Source: Botryllus schlosseri
Lineage: Eukaryota
NCBI GenBank assembly: GCA_051294905.1
Contig: CM119372.1
Location: forward strand, 18,850,001-18,914,000
Length of the DNA stretch: 64,000 bases
Direction of reading: 5' to 3'
This document shows positions 11,446 to 24,000 of the stretch, one piece after another; positions within the stretch are counted from its first letter, which is position 1; every line of letters begins with the position of its first letter. Position numbers and translations under genes: made by a program. A model generated the notes under the pieces. The model did no database searches, was not told where the DNA came from, and was given only the letters and a program-made list of their open reading frames with translations.

Positions 11446-13115
11446 GTTTAGGTCCAGATTCTAGCCACAACCCACGCTAACATGGTATAGAAGCCCATGG
11501 CGATGGCGGCAGGTCCCAATGTTGACTAAAGAATTGTGAAATAACGATTGACGCCCGTTTCAAGTAGAGTCATATGAGAATAAGATGCCGCCGGGGCCCG
11601 ATGAAGCGAACATAAAATTATCCCTTCAACTTCATGCAGATAATGTACTGCAAACTGCCGTTACGAGAAACGGCAAAGACGGCTCGGTTATGATATATAT
11701 CATTAGCTGTTGATTTTCACTGCTTCCTTGTGGAAACCGTAAATTTTATTTGGCGAGTACAAAATTTCAAATCTTTGTCCGGTGTACGTACGTAGTACAC
11801 AGGTCTACTGCTCGCCAAGAAGCAACGGTCAAACTGCGTTTAACTAAGCATAGCCAAACATCAATACATAAGTTACTGTTTTAAACTAGGCAGAATGGAA
11901 ATTAATTATCCTGCTGCGAGGGAGTGGCGTGTGGAACATGTTGGTAACCTGATATACAGCACGGCGGGTGCTCTTACAATCACACTAATGTAGGCTACGT
12001 ACATCGGATATCTATTTACTGTGGATATTTCTTACGCAATGACGAGCAAAGCTAATAGGCTACTTCTGACGTAATAATGAGCAATAGCATTTGGAAATCA
12101 GACGTGTGTGCTATCGCGAACCTGGTATAATATCTCTTCCTTGTTCAATGTTCACGAATGTTCAGTTATGTCATAGTCCTTGTAAAAATAAAAAGTAATC
12201 GTTCTTTCACTAAGAAATCGATTAGATATGCGAAGTAGTCGATTACGATTACGATTACTTTGGATTTTTTTCGAATGTAATCGATTGCGATTACGATTAC
12301 TTGAAAATGCTGTAATCGTCGTAATCGATTACGATTACTAATCGCGATTACCCCATGTCTGGTCCATTCGTTATTGTCTAATTTTGCACATTGTTCGTAG
12401 CACGCATGTTTCGTTTCATTTGTTTTTTTTATGCTTTTAATACATTGAATGAGAGTTGAATTAAACACAATGGGATTAACAATAGAACGTACACCCGTAT
12501 CATCTGCGTTGCAAATGTTTAATTTTTCGAATACGCAGGAAGTCAACATAACAAACATGGCAAAAACCGTTTAAACAGGTAAATGAGAAACTCCGACCCT
12601 TCAGCTCTATGTTACGTCGACGTGTTAGCACGAAATCCGAGCCGTGGCAGATCCTTCGCTAAGCTTGGTACGGTATAAAACTTCGTCGCCTTGTGTTAAA
12701 CACATCGCGAAACCACTCCGCACTGTTTCATGAAAGCACATCGAATAACCAATGCTGCGTAAGGGCCTTATATATAGGCCTACCTTTCTGAAGAATCTTC
12801 GGAAACTACCCCTGAGTAATGTTATATAGCTTATTGACGCCGTTGTTGGTATTGATATTGATTTCGTTTCATTCGACAACCTTGGTCATTTTACACAAGG
12901 CCAATATTCATTATCGTCGTCATGTTTCGGTATTTCGGCTTTGGAGCAGTCGTAAATTTTTCATTATATTTCGAACCACAAACTTGGCTTTCGCACATCG
13001 GTGTTGTGCTGATGACGAAATTTAGGGAATACCTCCGGACGCAGCTGATAGATGCGCACCAAATACCTCCAGGCATGGCTCAGAGCTGATAGCTGCGCAT
13101 AATTTGAGTCCAGAC

Positions 13116-13730
13116 CAGTGTTGGGATCAAGTCACTACCTTTGAGTCATTGCACATTTTGACTCGAGTCAAGTCAAGTAAATCGATTTTCGAAGGTGACT
13201 CGAGTCGAGTCAAGTCAAGTCACACATTTTTGGAGGTGACTCGAGTTAAGTCGAGTCAAGTCAAGTCACAAGCAAGTCAAATTGAATTTTCGAAGTATGA
13301 GAGATGATTCAAAGTCAGTACATTTTGGTAGCTGTGTGAAAGACTGATTAATTTGCTATTTATCTTGAATCAAATAACCAATATGAAGTTAAATATACAT
13401 GCAAAAAGGCGTTGTATCGCTTACGCACACGTAGAACTGCTAATAAAACACGTGATAAATATAGAACCGAATACAGAGAGAGGTTGAAACAAATTTATAT
13501 GCATGATACTTGAAAATGCGACCAGAAACTATTAAAAGTGAGAAAAATTAGTATATTATAAATGCGAACCATTCGATATCACCAAACATGGTTATAGAAA
13601 GTGGGTTTAAAATGAATTTAAATGGAAAATGAGCAGTCAACACAATCACTTGGACTTGGACTCGAGTCATAATACCATGACTCGGACTCGAACCTCTGCT
13701 CGATGACTTGGACTCGCACTTGACTCGGTG
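13116..13730. mobile_element. hAT MITE fragment (GACTC/GAGTC family)
   Basis: Starts cagtgttgggatcaagtcactacct, as in the copies at 47124 and 48591 (inverted); gactc/gagtc arrays. Confidence 0.8.
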
Positions 13731-16306
13731 GCTGCGCACTATTTCAACTCAGAATTGCTCCGGATCTGATAGGTGCGCACTATTTCAACCTGGACGTGCT
13801 CCGGATCTGACAGCTGCGCACTATTTCAACTCAGCCTTGCTCCGGATCTGATAGCTGCGCCTAAACGATACGTGACCTTTAAATGACCTGTATATCTGCG
13901 ATTTTTGGTGATAGCTGCGATAGCTGAGTATATCCACAGTAGTGATAGCTGCGCGGTATTTCAACCCGGACGTGCTCTTGAGCTGATAGCTGCGCTCTAT
14001 TTCAACTCAGCCTTGCTCCGGATCTGATAGCTGCGCACTATTTCAACTCAGACGTGCTCCGGATATGATAGCTGCGCACTATTTCAACCCAGACAAGCTC
14101 CAGCGCTGATAGCTGCGCCCTAAACGATACGTGACCTTTAAATGACCTGTATGTCTGCGATTTTGGTGATAGATGTGATACCTGTGATAGCTGAGTATAT
14201 CCACAGTAGTGATAGTGATAGCTGCGCACTATTTCAACCCAGACGTACTCCGGAGCTGTTAGCTGCGCACTATTTCCACTCAGACTTGCTCCGGAGCTGA
14301 TAGCTGCGCACTATTTCAACCCAGACAAGCTCCAGCGCTGATAGCTGCGCCCTAAACGCTACGTGACCTTTAAATTACCTGTATGTCTGCGGTTTTTCGT
14401 GATAGATGTGATAGCTGAGTATATCCACAGTAGTGATAGCTGCGCACTATTTCAACCCGGACGTACTCCGGAGCTGATAGCTGCGCACTATTTCCACTCA
14501 GACTTGCTCCGGATGTGATAGCTGCGCACTATTTCAACCCAGACGTACTCCGGAGCTGTTAGCTGCGCACTATTTCCACTCAGACTTGCTCCGGAGCTGA
14601 TAGCTGCGCACTATTTCAACCCAGACAAGCTCCAGCGCTGATAGCTGCGCCCTAAACGCTACGTGACCTTTAAATTACCTGTATGTCTGCGGTTTTTCGT
14701 GATAGATGTGATAGCTGAGTATATCCACAGTAGTGATAGCTGCGCACTATTTCAACCCGGACGTACTCCGGAGCTGATAGCTGCGCACTATTTCCACTCA
14801 GACTTGCTCCGGATGTGATAGCTGCGCACTATTTCAACCTGGACGTGCTCCGGATCTGATAGCTGCGCACTATTTCAACCCAGACAAGCTCCAGCGCTGA
14901 TAGCTGCGCCCTAAACAATACATGACCTTTAAATGACCTGTATGTCTGCGATTTTTGGTGATAGATGTGATAGCTGTGATAGCTGAGTATATCCACAGTA
15001 GTGATAGTGATAGCTGCGCACTATTTTTTTTTTCATCATCATTGGTTTATTAGCAATTTTATCAGTTCAATACACCACAAAAATGCGATGCAATGAAAAG
15101 ACAGGAAGATGTCGAAGCGACAAGGAGTAGTCTATGGAATCTGACACCCACCTTGGCCTAGGCGATGTAAAGAGGAGGCATGCACACTGAATGAAGGTAA
15201 AGAAGATAGTATAGAAAAAGAATGCGACAAGAAATAGGGCGGCATGTCATGGGAAGCGAGATCGATAGGTCAGTCGTGGTCCGGTAATCTTGAAGATGGA
15301 CTGTATTTATTTAGTAGTAATTGCTTGTATTTCGACTTGAATGTGGACATGCTCGACGACTGTCGGATGGCCGGCGGGATACTGTTCCACACATCAGGTC
15401 CGGCATATTTGATGGAGCGATGATCTTTTCGGTCGATCATATGATATTTGGACGACGTGGACGCGCGTGTGTTGTACTTGTGCGCTTTTGATTCAGAGGT
15501 AAAGAAGTCATTGAAATATTCGGGGCAACGACCGCAGTGAAACTGATACATGAACTTGGCGATTTCTAGTTTCCGCATATCTTCTATGTTTAGGACGCCG
15601 AATCTCTTCAGCAGCGACTTATTGGATGGGCAGCCAGGTCCCTTTGGGGCCCTAGCTATGATTCGGAGTACTTTGTGCTGTAGTTTCTGCAGTGGCTTGA
15701 GTGCAGTTTTACTGGCAGCCCCCCAACAGAGGATGCCATAATGTAACTTCGATTGGATTAAGGATTTAAAGAGTATCAGAAGAACCCATGCTGGCATGAA
15801 GCGCTTAAGGCTGTAGAACAGGCCGCACTTCGGTGATAATTTAGTTTCTAGGGACTGAATATGAATCTTCCAGGACATGTTCGAGTCCAGTAAAACTCCG
15901 AGATATTTGGCATTATCTGTGTTGGAAACGGGCTGACCAGCGATATTAACGGTTAGGTTATTTTTTGAATTTACTGTCAGCAGTTGCGATTTCGAGGCGT
16001 TTATTTCAACCCGGACGTACTCCGGAGCTGATAGCTGCGCACTATTTCAACCAGGAAGTGCTCCGAATCTGATAGCTGCGCACTATTTCCACTCAGAGTT
16101 GCTCCGGATATGATAGCTGCGCACTATTTCATCCCAGACAAGCTCCAGCGCTGATAGCTGCGCCCTAGACGATACGTGACCTTTAAATGACCTCTATGTC
16201 TGCGATTTTTGGTGATAGCTGCGATAGCTGTGATAGCTGAGTATATCCACAAGTGATAGCTGCGATAGCTGCGGGAGCTGCGATAGCTGAGTATATCCAC
16301 GGGGCC
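13730..16306 (-). repeat. Right TIR array of the same 41-bp unit in reverse orientation, interrupted by a LINE fragment
   Basis: gatagctgcgcactatttcaac units; includes a perfect 300-bp tandem duplication 14221-14520 / 14521-14820. Confidence 0.95.
15024..16000 (-). mobile_element. 5'-truncated LINE (CR1/L2/Crack-like): ORF2 C-terminus, 3'UTR and poly(A)
   Basis: Frame ..YLGVLLDSNMSWKIHIQSL..LFKSLIQSKLHYGILCWG..HKYNTR..SIKYAGPDVWNSIP..FKSKYK (ORF 15270-15878); T-run at 15024-15033 (poly-A on minus strand) splits a 41-bp unit. Confidence 0.9.
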
Positions 16307-16835
16307 CACGTTAGTACTCCAGTCTTCGTTGGATTGTCATTTGCGTAGTTCTCGTGTACAAAACAAAACAGGGGAACGAACTTTGATAGCAAGCAGAATA
16401 AGACCGCTGGAGACTAGACTTTGGATTGGTCGTCTACTTCGACATCGTAATTGATTTGTGTTTAAGGAGTTTGGAGGAGTTTGCAATGTCAAAATTCGGC
16501 AGAATGTGTTGATATCCTCGGTGCAGGTAGGATCTATAGAAGGCAGACAATGTAACAGTTCCTGCAGGTCACTCGATCGATCCCAGCGAGTTAGCGACAT
16601 GAGCATCATGAGCGCTGCTGTGCTCGAATCCCGGTTGTCGGTTGGTCCATGTATATATAACATGGGAAATGGCGTTAGCAGGGAACATAGCCTATAATTA
16701 CAGTGTCTTCTTACTTATTAGCCTTATAGTTTAGAGTTTCTATTGTAAAATTTAAAACTGCATTTAAGTGAAAACGAGTCTGTCAAATATCATCATTCTT
16801 TCTCTCAATCTGTGTATTGATGTATATAGCACGAC

Positions 16836-17959
16836 GGCCCTGTGGAAATAAAGCTGTATCAGCTGTACCAGCTGTATCAGCTGTATCACCCTGTGGATAT
16901 AAAGCTGTATCAGCTGTATCACCCTTAGGATATAAAGCTGTATCAGCTGTATCACCCTGTGGATATAAAGCTGTATCAGCTGTATCACTCAGTGGATATA
17001 AAGCTGTATCACCCTGTGGATATAAAGCTGTATCAGCCTGTGGATATAAAGCTGTATCAGCTATCAGCTGTAACACGGCTCTATCAGCTGTATCACTCTA
17101 CCTGTATGGAATCTGTGTCTTGTGTTCAAACAATTCTTGATTTTTTTATTGTTATTTTTTAATTACTTTTAACTTTGAGAATCATCGCTGCTCCCATATT
17201 ATAGACAAACCGTACCGAGATTCACCCAGGTATCACTCTGCAATTAGTATCAGCACAGGTCTATATGCTATGTCTGAGATGCGCAAAATAGTCTAGTAGG
17301 CTGTCACACATTTAGTGAGTCAGCTCTTCTCGCCTACACGCGCGAAGAAAGAGAAATTTCTATATTTCATGATTGAGTCGGTCAATATATGATCGGGAAT
17401 TGCATATAGATTGCTATCAATTTTTATAACGTCTCTCTGCTCACGTAATCTAATTTAGGCTACCGGCTGCGGGTAGAGCTGAGTGAGGTGTGCTTGAAAC
17501 GGTAGGAGCCCTCGAATAATAATTAATTAAACATCTCCGGGTGTGTATACCCGTTGGCAGGAACGAAACAGCACTTCGTCAGGCTCCCCAAAATACCTGG
17601 AATCTTGAGCTCTTATACGGTGATAAAACGTCCCCCATCACGTTGTTCGCTTTATTGCCACGAAATTATTGTTGTAATGTTTAGTAAGCCAGCGTGAAGC
17701 GCAAAATTTTTCAATAATTCATCATAAAATCGGCCTATAAGATCGAGATACAGCTGTGATACAGCTGATACAGCTGATACAGCTTTATATCCACAGGGTG
17801 ATACAGCTGATACAGCTTTATATCCACAGGGTGATACAGCTGATACAGCTTTACATCCACAGGGTGATACAGCTGATACAGCTGATACAGCTTTATATCC
17901 ACAGGGTGATACAGCTGCTACAGATGGTACAGCTGATACAGCTTTATATCCACAGGGCC
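16836..17959. mobile_element. Mutator-type non-autonomous element with repeat-built TIRs
   Basis: ggccctgtgga.. / ..tccacagggcc; perfect 9-bp TSD tagcacgac (16827-16835, 17960-17968); agctgtatc arrays at 16836-17095 and 17748-17959 in opposite orientation. Confidence 0.9.
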
Positions 17960-18076
17960 TAGCACGACTGTTGTTTTTTATTTAACATTATCGCAATAAG
18001 ATCATCTATAAATTTAACTACAGTTCTTCGGAATAGCTGTATAGTTCTTAGGTGATGCACATGCAAATGGTTGAAA

Positions 18077-21000
18077 ATGAGGGAGGACTCTAATTCTGGG
18101 GAATTACCCGTTGCTCATCAAAACAATACTTCTAATGAAGCGAGCACTTCATCCAGGTCAAGCACTGGAAGTCATCACACTGGAGAAAATGAACATGGGA
18201 ATACTGGTTCTGGGCCTCATTCCAATTTGAACGAGTTCTTCGACAGCTATGTTTCTGAAATAAATCATACATGCCCCGATGAAGCAGCGTCTGACTGCTC
18301 TGATTCCATCTCGAGATATGATGGCAATAGAGGGCATAGTTTTCAACAGCATGATATGAACGATCATGTTCAAATACGTTCTTCGAGGAATGGATCGGTG
18401 CACACAAGACCCAACCTAGCAAGGTCGGTTCTTCACCTGGTTTTGTTATAATTATTGCGAAGATGATAATTTCAAAATTTATATGTGTCGGATCGCTGCA
18501 ATACCAATCTACGTTTCAGATGTCATTCTGTATCCTTGTTAACTATATATGATTCTGAAACACATCCCTCTTTGAAGTGAATTAGGCGAATATTCCCACC
18601 AGCCTCAATACTTTCAGCTTAGGTACTAACTTTGCAAGCATAAATATTGACTAATGACATTGAGTATTTCTAAAACCCTACCAGAATCAGTATCTGCTAA
18701 GATAAAGATGCAAGTGTCTTTTCTGCAGGTTCAAAAACATGGTATTTCTTGGCTAATGAAGAACTTGGTTCATTTGGCTACCAAACTGTATGGTATTGCA
18801 TAGTCTGTAGTAGACTCAGATGTCAATTCGATGTGAACATCCTGACGACTTAGCCAATCTAGTCATCAAGAAAATGAATTTGTTTATCATTTGGATATTG
18901 TGCATCATATTGTAATTACTGTTTATGTTTTCAATCTCTCTGTTTTCGTTTTGAAATTGAATTTTACTTACTCCTTGTGATACCATATAGGCCTAGCGAT
19001 TGTTGTCGTGAATGTCTTGATGATCATGTTAATGTCTGATTAATGTCAATTTTGACTGAAATAATATATTATAAAAAGTATACTGAGACACTTTCTAGCT
19101 AGATGGTTAATAAGTGATACGCTTACTCCAAGAACAGTAAGGAATGGAAAAATCTTGATGGATAACTACTGGATGGATACTACATTGGGTTCGGAATAGA
19201 CCTATACCAACTTAAATCTTTTTTATATGACCCTTCCCACTTCGACAAATTGGCCTAGGCTTGATCATATTTTGAAAACTGAAGATTATAAAGCTCTTGG
19301 TAAGCAGCATGACACAAGTAGACTCGATCAACTCTCGTAGCATATATTACTATTACATTTTCATGGACAACCTCGGCATTTGAAGGATAGGATAACAATC
19401 TCAAATCATACCAATGCCATATTGTCATCTTACAGGGATTCTTCACTCGCAACTCTCATCGCAGAGAAGAGAATATCCGACTCTCGGCGAACTTTTTGTT
19501 TATTTGTTACCTTCGACCTCATATTGACAACAATATTGTGGGTCATCATGTGTGGGGTGAGTGAGCTCCATGATTATAGTGATATTGCTTTGATTTCGAA
19601 ATACTTTTGCAGCGCATTGTTTCTGTTGAAGAATTTTTGGTATTGAATTGAACGCATCTTTCAATCCATGCTTTTCACAAATTTGAACAATGATTTTTAG
19701 GTATATTCGAGTACAGATCTGATAATAATAAACTATTCCTGTTGTTAGTCTCTGTTGGAATAACTTGATAACAATTTCAAAACAATTAATTCTCAAGTGA
19801 CCATGCTAGATCAGTGACAGTCTCTCATTAGTTGTCATTTGTATGCAATGAACTGTAGCTGATATAATATAGACTGATAGCATGAGAGCAAACAACACCA
19901 GCAATGGACGGTGCAATGTACACAATTACACATGCAGGTCACACATTCGGTTCTCAAAAATAGAAACTGCGATTCAACAGTAACGCTGATTGAATTTAGG
20001 ATGACAAAACAATCATATTTATCAATTGTTCGGGTTTCAAGTTTACTGCATTATGTTGTGTTCAAGAGGAAAGAAGTATGCAAATGTCTTTTACTGTCAC
20101 CACAAGTTTCTCTGGTCATTTCTGTGTGTAGTACGTTTTGATGGTTAAGAAGGGTGCTGACAATGTCACTTTGCTTTCACACCTGTGACAAGCGAAGCTC
20201 TGCTTCAAAATTCAGTATTGCTGTTAGTTATCCTTGAAATTCTGACCAACCAAGTGCACTATATGCCTTTGTCAAAAGTTTCCGCACATAAAAAAGTATT
20301 GACCTTGTGGTGAACCAACCATACATGTTGTGGTGGCGAATTGTGTCCTTCTCAGAATATACCTCCCCCCCCCCGAAGTTTGAACCAGTCCTGAAGAAGT
20401 GAGCCTACTTATTTCCCTGGGTTGAAATTAGTCCACGATTCCATGTAGATGTGGCTTCAACCCAGTTACCCAGGGTGTAGTCTTGAGTTCTGGTACGGTA
20501 CACTTATGGCTACGTTTGTATTAATATATTCGTTTGTCTGGCAAAGCAAAACTATTCATACAGGTAGACGAACAGGTACAGGCCGTACTGCGTTGCTGTA
20601 TCATGCATAATGTGAATGAATGTCGTGTTTGGATGAAGGAGTTCTATTATTAATTACTGTATGTTATCTTGACAAACATACGTTTATTTTCAGACAAGTT
20701 CTGGTGGAGACAAGTCTTTTTTCGACATTATTGTTAAACAAGTGACAGAATACAATAAGGAATCTTCTATGTTCGATGTCGTAGTAAGTGGTTTGATGCT
20801 ATATCCACGTTTAGAGATGTAAAGAAAAGTTCATGTTTTCAGTGCTTGGCAGCTTTGCGGTTTGCCTTTCTGGAATTGACGTATGCTCTACTATGGATAA
20901 AGCATTGGTGGCCGGTGGCTGTCAGCACAGCAGTATCCGATATCCTACTTGTCCTGAAGATGTTTCCCATATTTTCAGTAAGTTTGGGGTGTGAATAATA

Positions 21001-24000
21001 TTTATATGCTATGCCATTGCAATGTTAACATGTCCTAATACTGACTCTTGTCACTAGTCGAAGAATGAGAATTAGGCAGATGGCTGCAGTGTGGTCAATA
21101 CCAAGTTGATTAAACAATGATAATAACGAAATCCAAATCCCACACTTTTATTGATCATGACCAAGTTGCTGTATGTTAGTTATGCAGTGATATAACAGCA
21201 CTTATTGTATTTGCATACCGATTGATCAGAAAAATGAATAAGACCATATACTGGCTCTTCTCCCTTTCATGTGTGATTAGTGGCAGAATTCAATGGCATT
21301 GTAACTTCATGATACTAAAATCTATTTCAAGGCGTAAAATCATACATCATTCTTTTTGCATATTATGATCAATAAACTTTCCTAGATGAAATGGATAAAA
21401 ATCTTAAAGACTGTTGAACGTGCATCGGATGCATACGCTAGTTTGGATAAGTCAGTCAGTTGATATATGATCATTTAAAAGAGTAAAGTAAGCAAAAATA
21501 AATGAGTGGTGGGAGATGGTTTGTGCCTTTTCTGCGGGTAATGTGTAGATGCAGCATACCTGTGTAGTGTAGGCCTACCTGTATGTGAAGCTGACTGGCT
21601 ATTTGCATTCAGCATTCCAGCTCGTCGGGACCCCTAACCAAGGCGATTCCTATGACCATAGTGCTACTTCTCACAAATTTTATCATTACCTGGATCGAAG
21701 TGTGGTTGATAGATTTCAAGGTTCTGCCGGAGGAGGAGAGGTCCGCTGAGAGTAAGTTGAAATGGTTAACGGTTTATCTCCGCTCGGAAAGTTTGCGCTG
21801 CAATTGAGCGTCAGCACGGTGGGCTTGAGACAGTTTAAGTCTCTGAAACATTGCCTTCGCAATGAAGCAGATCGGGATAGGTCATTGTCGAATGGGAAAG
21901 GTTAGTAAGTTTCCGTTTGGGACTTCTAGCTGGACTGCTACTGCTTTGACTGTAATGTCGCTGATCTGTCGTTAAACTACATCTACCTCACTACTCATCA
22001 GAAACGGTAGACCAGAATTGTGACGGCTAAGCTGCGATGACTGTCGGAATAAATAACTGTCTTTTGATAAATATGACTGATGGAAATAAAGGCAAATCGG
22101 CTTCTTATTCTTATTATTATTTCGGTTTAACTCAAGTACTTGAACTGGTATGCCTGTACTCAGTTAAATTGTCTAGCGCTTGGAAGTAACATCATTTCCT
22201 CTCCTATTATACGTTTTTATTATTATATAAAATAAAAATATTCATATATCATCACTGTGGAATCAGAGTAGGTTAATGTCTAGTTTTGACAGTCTGTGAG
22301 AATCAATTCTTTGTAGAATTTTCATTTTCATTTAGCCATATCTTGGCCACCAATGTGTTTTGTTTGTCACAATGTTTCAAACATAACTACGGCCAGGATA
22401 TGACCTAAAGATAATCAATATGTCAGAAATGGACATAAGCTACTCTTAATCTATATATTACTATACTGTACCATGTGTTAAAATAGATATATTATACCGT
22501 ATTAAATTTGTTATATTACATCTTTTATAGGAACTCTCAGGCGTTTCTTGCAGGGCCAACCTAATCATGGCTACACTGCGGACGAGGCTACGCCTCTGAT
22601 CGGGCCTTATCAAAGTCGAAGGTCGCAACGACGGCCTCCGTCGTCATTTTACACGGCTGCCCAATCCGATCGTTTATCATTTCACACTGTGTTGGGTGAG
22701 AGCTTGCGATTCTACAGTTACTGCGCGAAGTCATTATGTTACTTAATCGAACGTCATAACAACATTTTTTTGGTTTGGGATTTGGTCAAGTCAGGTTCCT
22801 GTCTGTTTCCGATGGTAAAAACTGTCTGCTATTTCAGACTCTGAATACGATGATCAGTCCGGGAACGGGCTTCGAGGAAATGTATTTCCGATTCCTATCT
22901 CTGCAGAAGATGCCGTGTATGTCGAGCAGGGTAAAGACGCCCTGAATACGCTGTGGTCTTCATATAACAACAAAACAATATGGAAATTAGACAAACAGCT
23001 GGCAAGTAGTTTCACGGTCATCTTTCTTTTGCGACATGTGACATGATTCACTTGTGTGTTTAGCCAGGTTTGTGATCCAAGCTGCCCATGTTGATGTGTG
23101 TTATTGTGTCATTGTAATCTCCAGTCAGTTTGATACATATCTTTGGTAGTGATCTCCACATTAATCGGATCGCCAACCTATTTGAATTAATCTATGTATG
23201 ATTGAACTCGCGGATATGAAACTAACTGCTTGTGATAGTTGCTTACATTAGTCATAATGGGAATTTCGGGTATTATGAATCGACACAGTGGTCATGTTCT
23301 GCGCAGTCATGGGATTTGTAATGTAAGCACGTATCAACGGTCACAACTTTTGACCGGTCGGCGATAGTGCAAAGTACGATTATGTGGTAGCACGTTACAC
23401 GTTAGGAAGCGGCTTTGATTGCTTGTTGATAGTCGAGATTATGATGCAATCATTTCATGATTGTGCAGGAAAACGGGGACACTCTGTATACCACGAATAT
23501 TCCGGAGTATGGAAAGACGTTTCGGATTGACGCTACAATTCGCGGAGCGTCCCCACAAACGATGTTTCAGGTAATGTCACGTAGGATTTACTTCCTTTGT
23601 AGAGTATTGGTCTTCTCTAAACTTTTCAAACAAACTTTAATTTAAAATTATATTAGAGGAAATGCTGTACGTTGCGTTTCCAGGTATGGTATTGACATAA
23701 ATTTGACAGAACCTTAGTGTATTTTGTCCAGAAGTGATCAGTAACGATGTTATTCTGCTTTTTCGTAGCATTCAAATAGGTTAGCTTCCACTTCAACTTG
23801 ACAGTTTCAGTTTTTTAGGCAAACTGGGCCTAGAATACTTTCTTGTAGGCTACTTGTAATTAAATAGAAATTTATGACGTTACTGCTCCTACTACTTGAG
23901 TATCAATGGTGACTACTTGACCGCCTCTGAATACGTTCTATGTACATTGTACAAATATATACGCGTTGCATCTGAAATAGTTTTGACATGTCTTGGAAAT

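Larger units (their letters stand above)
9550..12361. mobile_element. hAT non-autonomous element (GATTAC-repeat family) nested in the foldback element
   Basis: TIR cagacatgggg / ccccatgtctg; perfect 8-bp TSD gtccattc (9542-9549, 12362-12369); subterminal gattac/gtaatc arrays. Confidence 0.9.
7701..16306. mobile_element. 8.6-kb foldback-type DNA transposon with satellite-built long TIRs (Mutator- or Merlin-like)
   Basis: Termini ggccccgtggatatactcagctatcgcagct / agctgcgatagctgagtatatccacggggcc; perfect 8-bp TSD cacgttag (7693-7700, 16307-16314). Confidence 0.85.

Noticed and set aside
16337..16697. Overlapping 108-aa and 79-aa ORFs between two transposons
   Set aside because: No recognisable motif; may be STARD3 upstream sequence.
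16764..17962. Repetitive ORFs (IQLIQL, ADTALYP, YKAVSAV)
   Set aside because: Artefacts of the TIR repeat arrays.
20416..20470. Intronic hairpin ctgggttgaa..ttcaacccag as a miRNA or snoRNA
   Set aside because: Only ~10 bp of good stem; no box motifs or recognisable family.
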